DNA of 53,645 bases from a virus (Duplodnaviria; Caudoviricetes), in IMG/VR virus record IMGVR_UViG_3300027769_000039, positions 1 to 53,645 of that record. One strand, written 5' to 3'. Shown piece after piece: positions 27,787 through 38,070 of the stretch (positions are counted from its first letter, which is position 1; the number at the start of each line of letters is the position of its first letter). The notes beneath the pieces were generated by a model. The model worked only from the letters and a program-made list of their open reading frames with translations. It was not told the DNA's origin and searched no databases. The position numbers and the translations under genes were made by a program.

Positions 27787-28122
27787 TTATACCTTTGTTA
27801 TTTCAGGGGTAATTATAACAAGTCCCTCCAATGCTCGAGATTTTTCTCCAGTATTAGAAGTTAATTCTATGTCATACAGGTATCTACCTGCTTTAATAGC
27901 ACTTGATGCTGTAGGAGAAAGTTGTAAGCGAATTTTCCCAGTGGCAGCATCATATATCGAAGCTGTAAAACTTGTAGCAGTGGAGGACTGAAAGGATTTA
28001 CGAAACTGAGATGCGACTGTATATCCAGTTAAATTCATAGCAGTTCCATCTTGATTTGTAAGTGTGATGATGCTACTGAATGTAGTTCCTTGATCAATAA
28101 CAAGATTGCTTATAGTCGCCAT
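27787..28122 (-). CDS. Conserved small structural protein (111 aa), likely Ig/BppU-like fold
   Basis: NLVIDQGTTF...MNLTGYTVASQFRKS...GRYLYDIEL...RALEG...PEIT. Confidence 0.7.
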   Translation of the reverse strand: MATISNLVIDQGTTFSSIITLTNQDGTAMNLTGYTVASQFRKSFQSSTATSFTASIYDAATGKIRLQLSPTASSAIKAGRYLYDIELTSNTGEKSRALEGLVIITPEITKV

Positions 28123-28147
28123 TCAAATTCTCCAACCTTAACTCTTA

Positions 28148-28155
28148 TATTTATA
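28148..28155 (-). promoter_or_regulatory. T4-type late promoter TATAAATA
   Basis: tatttata between a terminator and the GGAG Shine-Dalgarno of the 111-aa gene. Confidence 0.75.
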
Positions 28156-28179
28156 GTTTACAATAGTGTAACTTGTAAT

Positions 28180-28202
28180 AAAAAACCCACCGAAGTGGGT
28201 TT
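28180..28202 (-). terminator. Rho-independent terminator with cUUCGg tetraloop
   Basis: Minus strand AAACCCAC-TTCG-GTGGGTTTTTT after the 707-aa gene. Confidence 0.9.
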
Positions 28203-28221
28203 AATTGATCTTATATTTTTA

Positions 28222-30345
28222 CTATAGATCTGTTCTGGTATAGTTGAAGGAACCATAACCAACCTGAGAAGGATTACTTGCTGGATCCCAACCATAATAC
28301 CAAGAAAATACATTATGCGCATTAACATATCTGTTATTGCTAGTGATAAACGCAAATCCAGATTCGCTTGCTCCACCAAGTGGACAAATCATAGAAACTG
28401 GCTCATGGAATCTTGGTTGTAATGGTTGATATGATGATCTTTGGAAATGTTCCCATGGTAATCTGTTACCACCACGAATATGCTGGCCAGTTGGATCTAC
28501 TCCACCATTGTTACCAACACCACGATGCATATTACCACCAGCGCCACCACCTGTCCAAACTCTATTATCAGAGTTGTGATACATTAGCGCAACATAACCA
28601 TCATGACCAAATTTAGAAATATATTTAACATCGGTCATATTACCCATATGGATTGGAACTGGTGTTTGTGTATTTGGATTGTTGTATGGATTGTCACTGA
28701 CACACTCATCATAGTTCAAGTGTTTTCTATATGTGGCGAATTGACCATATCCATTGTCGCCAACCATATACATAACTCCAGTGCCTTTTTCTTTCATAAC
28801 TATTGCTGATGCCATACCTCCTCGGTTAATTACCCAAAACTCTTCGCAGTTTCTTGAAACATCAATTAAGTTTGTTAGTTGAGAGATTTTAGAACCGATA
28901 CCTAATGCATTTCTTCTAATCTCAAATAATCTTGCCATTGGAGAAAATACACCAACATAAGTTGTATTTGGATTACCCATACCATACATAGATCCGCCAC
29001 TCTGGCCAAAGTAACCAGTCATGTGAACAGTTCCATCATTAGTCAATGCTACAGCATTACCATACGATCCATGTCCCTGCGCTATGAATTTTTTAAGTCC
29101 GCCAAATTTAGCCCAAGGATATTTAACTCGTTCTGGGCGATATAAACCACCATAGTTACCGTTACCTAGTTGTCCGTAACCATTATAACCCCAAGAGTAA
29201 ATTTCGCCATCTTCAGTTTGAGCATAAGAAGACTGGTAGTTATAACCAGACATCCAGCAGTCAACAATTTTCTTATCGTGGAAATATTCCTGAGGAATTA
29301 CTGTTGGAGTGGAGTAATTAGATGTATTACCATGCCCCAAGTTACCATAACCATTGTAACCCCAAGTCCATACTCTTCCCGTGTTATCTAAAGCGAAACA
29401 AGAGTGTGTATCAAGCTCGTCAGAATTTGGTCCTTTAGCACTATGACCAGTTTTAATAATATGAACATCTCTTAGAACACCAGTTCCTCTAGCACCTGAT
29501 CTACCAACTCTTCGGAAATACTTATAGTCGGAAGTTGTGCCGTCTCCATTCTGTCCATGTCCGCCATAACCACAATGGTATAACTCACCATTATCAAACA
29601 GAGCAAATGTAAAATTACTAGTTCCAGTAAGTTGAATTAATTTTGGAGCACCGCCAGTAATTGATGTTCTATATCCATCAATATAATCCCAGAAATCAAA
29701 ACCACCATGTTTAGTATATTGGTAAGTTGCCGATGCGTTGGAATTATCAGAAGCATACCAATTGTCTCTTTCGCCAAGACCTTTTCCTAAAGAACTCCAA
29801 TCGCGACCAATAAACGATAACTCATAGTTACCATTAATTGTTTGCATCTCTTTGTATCCTGGAGCACCAGTTTCATTAGATTCGCACATATTGCGAGTCC
29901 ATCCCATTGGAGGATACAATGCAAATTGTAAATGTTTTTTCGATCTATCGCGAGCAGAATCTTGTGCAATTTTTATCCACTTAGTGGTAAGTGCACCATT
30001 TTCATAAATTGGATGACCACCAAAGTTATTAGTGGTGCACTGATAAAAGTCGCCATTAAATCTAACTACGTCGCCAACATAGTGACGATCTTTGTATGCC
30101 CAATCACCTTTATAAATAATTCCACCAGCAATCATTGTCCAGTTAGTTGTATCAACTCCTGGTTTTACTTCTTGACCAAATAAATTATTTTCCGAGTGGT
30201 ATGTGCTGTTCATCACAAAAGCTGTATTGTTAATACGAACAGTATCGTTTATTTTATAGATGGTTCCTTCATTCCACTCACCCATCCAATTTTGTTTTAA
30301 TTGGGAGTAATCGAAATCACCATTTAAAGATCTTGACAGTGGCAT
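28222..30345 (-). CDS. RCC1/BLIP-II-like repeat (beta-propeller) protein, 707 aa
   Basis: Repeats VWTWGYNGYGNLGHG, IYSWGYNGYGQLGNG, LYHCGYGGHGQNGDG; N-terminal GxWxxxxxYxxxDxV repeats. Confidence 0.85.
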   Translation of the reverse strand: MPLSRSLNGDFDYSQLKQNWMGEWNEGTIYKINDTVRINNTAFVMNSTYHSENNLFGQEVKPGVDTTNWTMIAGGIIYKGDWAYKDRHYVGDVVRFNGDFYQCTTNNFGGHPIYENGALTTKWIKIAQDSARDRSKKHLQFALYPPMGWTRNMCESNETGAPGYKEMQTINGNYELSFIGRDWSSLGKGLGERDNWYASDNSNASATYQYTKHGGFDFWDYIDGYRTSITGGAPKLIQLTGTSNFTFALFDNGELYHCGYGGHGQNGDGTTSDYKYFRRVGRSGARGTGVLRDVHIIKTGHSAKGPNSDELDTHSCFALDNTGRVWTWGYNGYGNLGHGNTSNYSTPTVIPQEYFHDKKIVDCWMSGYNYQSSYAQTEDGEIYSWGYNGYGQLGNGNYGGLYRPERVKYPWAKFGGLKKFIAQGHGSYGNAVALTNDGTVHMTGYFGQSGGSMYGMGNPNTTYVGVFSPMARLFEIRRNALGIGSKISQLTNLIDVSRNCEEFWVINRGGMASAIVMKEKGTGVMYMVGDNGYGQFATYRKHLNYDECVSDNPYNNPNTQTPVPIHMGNMTDVKYISKFGHDGYVALMYHNSDNRVWTGGGAGGNMHRGVGNNGGVDPTGQHIRGGNRLPWEHFQRSSYQPLQPRFHEPVSMICPLGGASESGFAFITSNNRYVNAHNVFSWYYGWDPASNPSQVGYGSFNYTRTDL

Positions 30346-30364
30346 TTAATTTACCTTTTTCCTA

Positions 30365-31003
30365 TTATACTTGTTCTTCTGTTGAAATTGCAGTTCCAGC
30401 TGATTCAGCAGCTAATCTTTTGGCTTCATCTTCAAACTTTTTAGCAACAGCTTCCAAATCTACCGTATCTGGCTCAACAGTACCAGCTTTTGCTTTTTCA
30501 AATTCAGCTTGCACTCTAGCGTCTTCCTCGTCAGCAATTTGTTGCGCTTTTACTAATATAGACTCTGAAATTGTATGCAAAGAAATCAAATCTTTCGTGT
30601 GAATATTTTTATCGTAAGCTGGTAATCCAAGTTTATTTAGATATTCTGGATCTTCCTTGTATTTATTTGCAATAGTTCCATTATACAATAATACTGTATT
30701 TGTAAAGTTTCCATCTAATTCAGTTTCGATAACAAAATCATTGTCATCGGTTGGTTCTAACATTTCTTCTGTCATGTCTTCATGCACAGAGTCATATCTT
30801 TTCTTATCAATATTAATTAAATGAATATTTTCTTTATCAAATTCTGTTGGATATCTATCATCTAAACTACCTTTAGGTTGTACTACTCCATTTATTTCTT
30901 CGTCTTCTTCCAAAAATTTTTGTAAAGGAAAATTTAAAGAAGGAAAAAATGTAGTAGCGTCATTAGTTTGAGATACGATTTTTCTAGTTTTAGTGATTGC
31001 CAT
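30365..31003 (-). CDS. Acidic hypothetical protein (212 aa)
   Basis: ORF between RCC1-repeat genes; no recognised motif. Confidence 0.75.
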   Translation of the reverse strand: MAITKTRKIVSQTNDATTFFPSLNFPLQKFLEEDEEINGVVQPKGSLDDRYPTEFDKENIHLINIDKKRYDSVHEDMTEEMLEPTDDNDFVIETELDGNFTNTVLLYNGTIANKYKEDPEYLNKLGLPAYDKNIHTKDLISLHTISESILVKAQQIADEEDARVQAEFEKAKAGTVEPDTVDLEAVAKKFEDEAKRLAAESAGTAISTEEQV

Positions 31004-31011
31004 AGTAGCCT

Positions 31012-33669
31012 TTACATGAAATTAGTTACTGACATAGGAGCATACTGAGGCTCGCCCTGCCCATTTAAATTGTAATTGTAATCTCTACCAGCGGTAAGAA
31101 TTTCACCACGCTCAGTCAACCAGTAGGCAGTAACTACATGTCCAGAAGTACCATCATAGTCTCCATTACCCCAAATATCAACTATGCGATTTCCACAATC
31201 GCCAGCTGCGCCCAACTCTGAAAGCGGATGCTTATCTTTAGCAAACATTATTCCATACATAGGACTTGGCATTATGCAACGAGACCAACCAGCCTGTGTG
31301 CTGCTAGTTCCGTTTTGCTGATTGTATGTATTGTTATTTCCTACATAACTTCCATGCCCAACACCACCTTCGCCATACTGATTCCAACCATGAGCATAAG
31401 TTATACCATCTTTATCTAAGGCATACATAGTGTTTCCACCTGAACGACCCTGTCCTGAAATCTGAACGATGTCAGTCATAGCACCCTTTGGACCATAGTA
31501 TTGTACTGGAGTTAGTGCATTTGATGAGGAAGTACCATATTCATAGTGACCACCATGTCCGCATCCCCACAACTGTAAGGATGTGTCAAGGAAATATGAA
31601 TGACCAGTTCCGCCTTCAAATGCCCAAATATTTTTAATACCACCACCAATTCCCCAACCTGCAGTAGAAGAAGTTCTTCTTAGCGGTCCAGATGAATTGC
31701 CATCAGAAGTAGTATTATTAGTGCCTAATTGTCCTTGATCATTTTGACCCATAGTCCAGACATGTCCCTGTCCATCAAGAACCATAATGTATTCTCGGTT
31801 TTCGTGTGATGGTGTAACAATTTTCTGAATACCACCATATGTATTCCAATTGATAGGTACTTTGTAAGGTGCAGCACATTGCGAAGCTGAAACCATAACA
31901 CCAGAAGTAGTAAATCCAAGTTGTCCGTAGTTATTTCTACCCCAACCCCATAAATTGCCTGCTTCGTCTAGTGCGTGAATAGAATTCTCTTGAGTGAACA
32001 TATCAATAATTCTGTTACCCTCAAAGAAAATATCTTTCTGTAGACACATTGGCGAGCGAACAGCATCTGTTTGATTGGCAATACGCATACCACTCGATAA
32101 GTGATTTTCTGGACCAATACCGCACTGACCATATCCGTTATAACCCCACATCCACAACTCACCAAACTCATCTAGTGCAGCGTACCAAACAGCCGAGTTT
32201 CTAGAATTTGAAGCACCACCAGCAAGTTTAACAATGGCACGATTTCCAAATCTTTGTCTACCATGTTCAATGTAAGAAGAAGAATAGTCTGCGTCCTCGC
32301 CAGTACCTAGAGAAGAACCAGAAGAAGTACCAGCAACAAGAACAGTACCATAAGATGTTAGAGAAGCCTGTGTAGTCCACTGCGCAAGATTTTGCGTTAA
32401 TCTTGGTCCTGAACCTCTGCGATGATTATTATTAAATGATTCATTTCCGTATTGGCGAGTTTGATCAGAATAGTACTCATTAAAATGTTGCGCAGCTTCT
32501 TCGCCAGCAAACAGACGATAACCATCGTATTGGCCAGGTGTGCCCTGACCATAGTAACCATGTCCCTTACCAATTCTGTGACCACGACCATCTGATCCAA
32601 GAGAAATAGATCCACGATATTTTTGTTGCGCTGGTGCGATCCAGGAATTCCATGACCAAGTCCAAGCAGCTAATGGATTTGCATCTGGATCTTTATGTGT
32701 TGCTGGAATAAACCATGGAATACTAGAGTATGCACAAGCTACAGTACCAGTGCCAGTACCAGCTGATGTACAGATAAATTGTTCACCAACTACATAATTG
32801 AGGCTGGCTCCATTTAAATTAAAATTGGTATTTCCAGTTGAAACAATCGTATATGTTGTTCCTGGAATCATTGCTGTAGCATTTACAACAGTAGAATTGC
32901 CGAAAGTTGGTTTAGTAATATAAGGATGTCCTCTCCAGTTGAAAGGATTCTTATTAACACCAATAACAATTCTTTCATGTGGCAATGCTTCATTACCAAC
33001 TAAGAAAGTTTCCCAGCAGCCCAAATAATCAAACAAAGGATCTACTGCTCTTGTAAAACGAGCAGAAGGCTCGCTAGAACCATGCGCTTGCACACAAATA
33101 TAACTTTGATTATTTCTTATGACGATTTCGCCAGGAGTGTATGTTCTGCATCTGTTCCACTGACCGAAGGCTGTGTAATTATTATCATCACTTAGTGTAT
33201 CACTAAAAACATCCCAGTCAACATCGTTCAAACATGTTTCATACATTCCAGCCATTCTTCGTGTTCCGATAGTAGCTGTATGTGCTCCCAAATTTACATT
33301 TGAGTTAATTGCTTTACTAACAGTAATGCTTACTGTAGTTGATGTTAATAGAGTCATGGAAATAATTTTGCTATCTGGCTCTAACCATTTAGAGTATACA
33401 AATAAATTTCCAATAGGAGCAAAAGTGTTTAAATTGCTAAATGCGTATGGCAATGTAACTGTAAAAGTACTGCTAAATGCTGGTATTGAAGTAATGCTTA
33501 CTTCCAAAGGTTCCATACTGTAAATTGGAGTATTTACTTTTGCAGTTTCATTTTTGTAAATAAAACTTCTATTCCTGAACATAACAATATCGCCTTGCGT
33601 ATATGTTGTTCCTGAACTGTAATCACCTTTGAATACAAGTTTAATTTTATCTAGTGTTAATGTGGTCAT
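31012..33669 (-). CDS. RCC1/BLIP-II-like repeat protein, 885 aa
   Basis: LWMWGYNGYGQCGIG, LWGWGRNNYGQLG, VWTMGQNDQGQLG; N-terminal KLVFKGDYSSGTTYTQGDIV. Confidence 0.85.
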   Translation of the reverse strand: MTTLTLDKIKLVFKGDYSSGTTYTQGDIVMFRNRSFIYKNETAKVNTPIYSMEPLEVSITSIPAFSSTFTVTLPYAFSNLNTFAPIGNLFVYSKWLEPDSKIISMTLLTSTTVSITVSKAINSNVNLGAHTATIGTRRMAGMYETCLNDVDWDVFSDTLSDDNNYTAFGQWNRCRTYTPGEIVIRNNQSYICVQAHGSSEPSARFTRAVDPLFDYLGCWETFLVGNEALPHERIVIGVNKNPFNWRGHPYITKPTFGNSTVVNATAMIPGTTYTIVSTGNTNFNLNGASLNYVVGEQFICTSAGTGTGTVACAYSSIPWFIPATHKDPDANPLAAWTWSWNSWIAPAQQKYRGSISLGSDGRGHRIGKGHGYYGQGTPGQYDGYRLFAGEEAAQHFNEYYSDQTRQYGNESFNNNHRRGSGPRLTQNLAQWTTQASLTSYGTVLVAGTSSGSSLGTGEDADYSSSYIEHGRQRFGNRAIVKLAGGASNSRNSAVWYAALDEFGELWMWGYNGYGQCGIGPENHLSSGMRIANQTDAVRSPMCLQKDIFFEGNRIIDMFTQENSIHALDEAGNLWGWGRNNYGQLGFTTSGVMVSASQCAAPYKVPINWNTYGGIQKIVTPSHENREYIMVLDGQGHVWTMGQNDQGQLGTNNTTSDGNSSGPLRRTSSTAGWGIGGGIKNIWAFEGGTGHSYFLDTSLQLWGCGHGGHYEYGTSSSNALTPVQYYGPKGAMTDIVQISGQGRSGGNTMYALDKDGITYAHGWNQYGEGGVGHGSYVGNNNTYNQQNGTSSTQAGWSRCIMPSPMYGIMFAKDKHPLSELGAAGDCGNRIVDIWGNGDYDGTSGHVVTAYWLTERGEILTAGRDYNYNLNGQGEPQYAPMSVTNFM

Positions 33670-33685
33670 TTATTTTTCCTTAACC

Positions 33686-35845
33686 TTATTGGTTCTTTAA
33701 TTTAGTCATGACATTCCAATAAGAACCTCTATAGTTAGCTCCGCTAATGTTATAGTCATTTGAATAACCAGTATTATATACTCTACCTGTAGATAAGTCT
33801 ACATAGAGACCAAATTTGTTACTTGAGTAACCAGTTGGGTAATATTTCCAATAGGAACGATATGCACTTTCCTGAATATGTGGAAATAACAAATTATTTT
33901 TCAATCGATAGTTTTCAGAAATATTATCTGGATCTCTCTTTTGTCTTTGGTTATAGGAATCGTTATGTCCCGAACCCCATGCGCCACCATTATTCGCATA
34001 TCCACAGAAATACCACTCACCATCACTTCTCTTGACTGCTGCATTAGTATAAGAAGAGGATCCAGTATTTGAAGCAAAATCTACCACATTGGTTAGAGCT
34101 GCTCCTGCTCTAAATTGAGTCTGCTGTAAAGTATTATACTGAGTGCTGTTTGCTTGACCAACCGACAGCTGATAGTAACCATTATATCCGCAAGAGTAGC
34201 AAGTATTGCTGCTATCGGAAGAACCTCTAGTTACATACATTGAACTGTATTGACCACCGAACATCCAAGCATTGTGGCAGTCTGTTATTAAATCTCCACT
34301 TGGACTTCCCATTTGTGGAGATGAGGTATCAACTGTTGTTGAAACACCAGAATATCCTCCAGTGTACACTTTTAGTGGGAAAGTTACATTATATGTATGA
34401 TTATGACCCAATGCTCCGTAACCATTATAACCCCAAGTGTACAGTGTACCATCTCGTCTAATCATTAGCATAGATACTACACTACCACCATTCGCTGCGC
34501 CACCAGTATTAAACTTTTTAATACCAGTTGTTGAGGTAGTTCCCCAAATATTGTTGCCATTGTCAATTTTAATTCCTGTTAAGGATGTTCGCTGCGATGT
34601 ATCACCAACACCAAGTTGACCATATCCATTATATCCGCAGGCATACATTTTTCCTTGGTCAGTTAATAACCAGAAGCAACCATAACCACCACCAGTTGCC
34701 CAAATTTCAATAATCTTACCATTCGTTGCTTGATCGAAAGAAACTAGAGTTGGCGCATAGTAGTCACTTGTGTTACCATGACCGAGTTGTCCGTATCCGT
34801 TATAACCCCAAGAATATAATTCACGAGTGTCATCGTTATTACGAACTAATGCGTAGTTAGATTTTGTGCTGTTTGTACCACTGGCCGATGATGCAATTCG
34901 AATAACTTTTTTAGTGCGTAGAATTGTAGTGGTATTTGATCTATTTACATTCGCATAACCGCATTGTGTAAAATTAGTATAGCCATTAGTATTTCCATGA
35001 CCACTTCCACCTTGGGCTTGATATCCACCAGCGTGAACTTCTCCATTGTCAAATAGAACTAACATTCCAGCATCTAAACCACCATCACTTTCAACCTGAA
35101 TTACTTTTGGTACTGGTTGCGTACCATTAATAGCAGTAGTAGGTAAAGAACCATCAAACCAACTTAAATGTGCAAATTGACATTCAGTAGGAGTTTGATG
35201 AGTACTTCCAGTTCCACCATTACTTAAATTTGAACTTGTATTTCTTCCATAAGTCATTATTGTATGTCTTCTGGTAATATACTGAATAGCACCATTACCA
35301 GCTAAGTCAATTCCAGGAGTTTTAAACTCACCAAAACTGTCGCCCATACCAACATAACTAACACCAGGAACAGCCAACGCATATGCATCCCAGACACTCT
35401 TATGAGTTGGGGCATAACCTTCGTTCGGTCCAAAAAGATAAGCAAACTTATCTCTCATTGTTCCTTCAGAAATCATTCTCCATCTAGTTGTTTGTACTTC
35501 AGGATATTCAGTTGTAGCACCAGCAGTATGTGCTAAAATACAAACATATGTGTTTTGTTCTAAGTAGTTGTGATGATCATTATATGGTCGAACAATTTTT
35601 CTAGTTACGATATCGCCAACTTTATATGCAGTAGTCCAAACCCACTCGCCTGCAAAATAAGTTCCTCTACCATAGTGGTACCAGTTAGTAAGATCTTCTT
35701 GCGGATTTGTTGCAGAAGTATGACTTGTAGTACAAAAATAAAAAGTATTTTTATATGTTACAACATCATCTTTTAAATATGCGGTTGAAACAACCCATTC
35801 ACCTCTTGGATTGAATCTTAACTTACCTAGAGTTACTTGTGCCAT
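33686..35845 (-). CDS. RCC1/BLIP-II-like repeat protein, 719 aa
   Basis: LYSWGYNGYGQLGHG, MYACGYNGYGQLGVG, LYTWGYNGYGALG; N-terminal LGKLRFNPRGEWVVSTAYLKDDVV. Confidence 0.85.
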   Translation of the reverse strand: MAQVTLGKLRFNPRGEWVVSTAYLKDDVVTYKNTFYFCTTSHTSATNPQEDLTNWYHYGRGTYFAGEWVWTTAYKVGDIVTRKIVRPYNDHHNYLEQNTYVCILAHTAGATTEYPEVQTTRWRMISEGTMRDKFAYLFGPNEGYAPTHKSVWDAYALAVPGVSYVGMGDSFGEFKTPGIDLAGNGAIQYITRRHTIMTYGRNTSSNLSNGGTGSTHQTPTECQFAHLSWFDGSLPTTAINGTQPVPKVIQVESDGGLDAGMLVLFDNGEVHAGGYQAQGGSGHGNTNGYTNFTQCGYANVNRSNTTTILRTKKVIRIASSASGTNSTKSNYALVRNNDDTRELYSWGYNGYGQLGHGNTSDYYAPTLVSFDQATNGKIIEIWATGGGYGCFWLLTDQGKMYACGYNGYGQLGVGDTSQRTSLTGIKIDNGNNIWGTTSTTGIKKFNTGGAANGGSVVSMLMIRRDGTLYTWGYNGYGALGHNHTYNVTFPLKVYTGGYSGVSTTVDTSSPQMGSPSGDLITDCHNAWMFGGQYSSMYVTRGSSDSSNTCYSCGYNGYYQLSVGQANSTQYNTLQQTQFRAGAALTNVVDFASNTGSSSYTNAAVKRSDGEWYFCGYANNGGAWGSGHNDSYNQRQKRDPDNISENYRLKNNLLFPHIQESAYRSYWKYYPTGYSSNKFGLYVDLSTGRVYNTGYSNDYNISGANYRGSYWNVMTKLKNQ

Positions 35846-35855
35846 TTATTATACC

Positions 35856-36188
35856 TTAGTATGTTGCAGTTAATTTGCCTGTTGTTTGATCGATGGCAAG
35901 TATTAATTTATTAGAGAAAAACGCAGAAAGAGCATTTTCAATATTAGTAGTCGAAGTGCTTGCTTCGCTACCAAGAATTTGGTTATGGATTAAATTACCA
36001 TTTGCGTCAACAGATAAAATGTTATATGCTGATACTGAGATTGGAGACCAAAGAGTACCATCATAAATTTCAGTAATAGATAAAGTAGTATTATAGCGAA
36101 CCATTCCCTGTACAGGAACATTCGGACGCTCTGCGGTAGTACCAACACCTATGGTAACATATTGATCGCCTAGGACTGTAGCTGGCAT
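35856..36188 (-). CDS. Small fibre-module protein (110 aa)
   Basis: GTTAERP...GMVRYNTT...EIYDGTLW module typical of aquatic T4-like fibre proteins. Confidence 0.7.
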   Translation of the reverse strand: MPATVLGDQYVTIGVGTTAERPNVPVQGMVRYNTTLSITEIYDGTLWSPISVSAYNILSVDANGNLIHNQILGSEASTSTTNIENALSAFFSNKLILAIDQTTGKLTATY

Positions 36189-37243
36189 TATTTAACTCCT
36201 TTTAAGTCTTCTATTTCTCTATTTAGGTCTTTTATTGCTTCTATTAACAGGGGAATTAACTTGTCATATTGCACTGTTAGATAGTTTTCTCCAGAACGAG
36301 AAATTTCTGTATTTTCAAACATAACAAGATCAAATGGAGCTGGCTTAACTGCTTCTGGCAAAACCCTCTTTACATCTTGGGCTATGACGCCAACTTCATT
36401 TTGTTTTTTGTAACCTAATTCTTCTGCGATAGTATTTGGTTGATACGTAACACCACGAAGCGACATTACTTTTTCTAGAGCATTTGTAATTACTTGAATA
36501 TTTTCTTTTAATCTCTCATCCGAATAGTATGATGTAATTTGGTTGGTTGCTCTAATTTCTCCAGTAGTTCCAGACGCAGCAGTTCCAACACCTAATGATC
36601 CAAACTGCACATTAGACGAAGAAGATGTATCTTGTGGAGTTGATAAAGTAATACTACCAGAAGCATTGGTAACTGTTATTCTGTTTGGTGTTCCTGTTAG
36701 TGTGGTACAAGCATATAGTCCAGCAGAAGTTCCAATTAAAATTGATCCATTAACAGGGACAGTATTTGTTCCCGAACCACCTTGCGCTGGATGCAATGGT
36801 GTAGTTAAAGTAAGAAGTTGAGCCTGTATTGAACCAGCAGAAAACCCACCATCTAAATCGCGACGAACTACTTTGTTTGCAGTATTTGTGCTAGTAGCAT
36901 CTGCCAACTCTAATTTATAGTCGTTTAATCTAATAAAATTGGTGTCAATTTCAACGCTAGATAACGGAGAACCTTTTACAGTAATTCCATTACTATTAAT
37001 AGTATAAGTGGATGATGTTACTGTAACAGCTGCATTGCTGACTAAAGTAATTGTGGTATTACTATTGACGCTGTTAACAGTACCAATGGTAACACCAGCT
37101 CCAGTCTTTAATACCTGTCCAGGAACAACTTCAGTTAAGAATTGTGATCCAGAACCTGTGATAGTTAGACTGGAAGTATTGGAAGATATCGTTCCAGTTC
37201 CGTTGGTGATACCTGTGGTTAATCTAGTTACGATTGTAGTCAT
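36188..37243 (-). CDS. Short fibre protein with C-terminal intramolecular chaperone (peptidase S74-like), 351 aa
   Basis: KGSPLSSVEIDTNF; YYSDERLKENI...GVIAQDVKRVLPEAV...YDKLIPLLIEAIKDL. Confidence 0.85.
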   Translation of the reverse strand: MTTIVTRLTTGITNGTGTISSNTSSLTITGSGSQFLTEVVPGQVLKTGAGVTIGTVNSVNSNTTITLVSNAAVTVTSSTYTINSNGITVKGSPLSSVEIDTNFIRLNDYKLELADATSTNTANKVVRRDLDGGFSAGSIQAQLLTLTTPLHPAQGGSGTNTVPVNGSILIGTSAGLYACTTLTGTPNRITVTNASGSITLSTPQDTSSSSNVQFGSLGVGTAASGTTGEIRATNQITSYYSDERLKENIQVITNALEKVMSLRGVTYQPNTIAEELGYKKQNEVGVIAQDVKRVLPEAVKPAPFDLVMFENTEISRSGENYLTVQYDKLIPLLIEAIKDLNREIEDLKGVK

Positions 37244-37280
37244 TAATGTGTATTCCCGTGCTTTGTCAGCTTGTCATTGT

Positions 37281-37295
37281 TATTTATTATTTATA
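37281..37295 (-). promoter_or_regulatory. Late promoter(s): TATAAATA plus AATAAATA
   Basis: tatttattatttata upstream of the 351-aa gene. Confidence 0.7.
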
Positions 37296-37310
37296 TGATA
37301 TCCAGAAGGG

Positions 37311-38057
37311 TTATATCAACAAACTTTCTATTTTGTTAAACAACTGTATTCTGGCTTGGATTGCTTCTATTGCAGCCTGCTCAGCTTCATGTATAAGAAT
37401 TGGGTCGTTTTTGCAGAAGTAATTCACCAAATTTTCTGACATTGACCCATGTTCTTCTCCATCTACCTGTATATGTCTTTCCAAATAATAATGGAACTTT
37501 GGTGCTTCGGTCTCTGATATATTTATTTGGTTCAGTATACGCTTAAACATGGATGGAATTACCGTCTCTCGACCATAAGAAAACGATGCTGCAGCACAAT
37601 GTGGTCCACCACGAATTGCCTTAAATGTAGTTTCTATAAAGTCGGCAACTATTTCTGGTGCACCAAAATGAACACCCTGTTTTTCGACTTTAGACAAGTA
37701 TTCTTGGATAGGAATAGTGTCAGCGTTTACTTCCAACATTGCTTGTAAATACAAGTCGAAGTGGCTTATTGAACTGTTTCCATCAGGACTTGTATCAGTT
37801 TCCTCACAAAGAACAATCTCATTAATAGTTCTGGCTATATCGGAGCGAGTTCCTCTAGTCGGTAACCATAGCTGGCTCGAGGGAACTGTAGCATGTTGCA
37901 GTGTCTTCAATAAACTCATAAAGTCCCAGACTGCGAATACATGATACTTCATAAAGATTCTCAGATCTTCAACGGACTGTATTGTATTTGTTACCAATAA
38001 CGAATGATTCTCAAGTAGAGATTTGTGCTGTTGGATTTTGGTTAAATCTATTCTCAT
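37311..38057 (-). CDS. DUF3050-like protein (heme-oxygenase-like fold, putative iron enzyme)
   Basis: FMKYHVFAVWDFMSLLKTLQ, INEIVLCEETD, SHFDLYLQAM, FSYGRETVIPSMF, YYLERHIQVDGEEHG. Confidence 0.85.
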   Translation of the reverse strand: MRIDLTKIQQHKSLLENHSLLVTNTIQSVEDLRIFMKYHVFAVWDFMSLLKTLQHATVPSSQLWLPTRGTRSDIARTINEIVLCEETDTSPDGNSSISHFDLYLQAMLEVNADTIPIQEYLSKVEKQGVHFGAPEIVADFIETTFKAIRGGPHCAAASFSYGRETVIPSMFKRILNQINISETEAPKFHYYLERHIQVDGEEHGSMSENLVNYFCKNDPILIHEAEQAAIEAIQARIQLFNKIESLLI

Positions 38058-38070
38058 TATGTATAAAACC

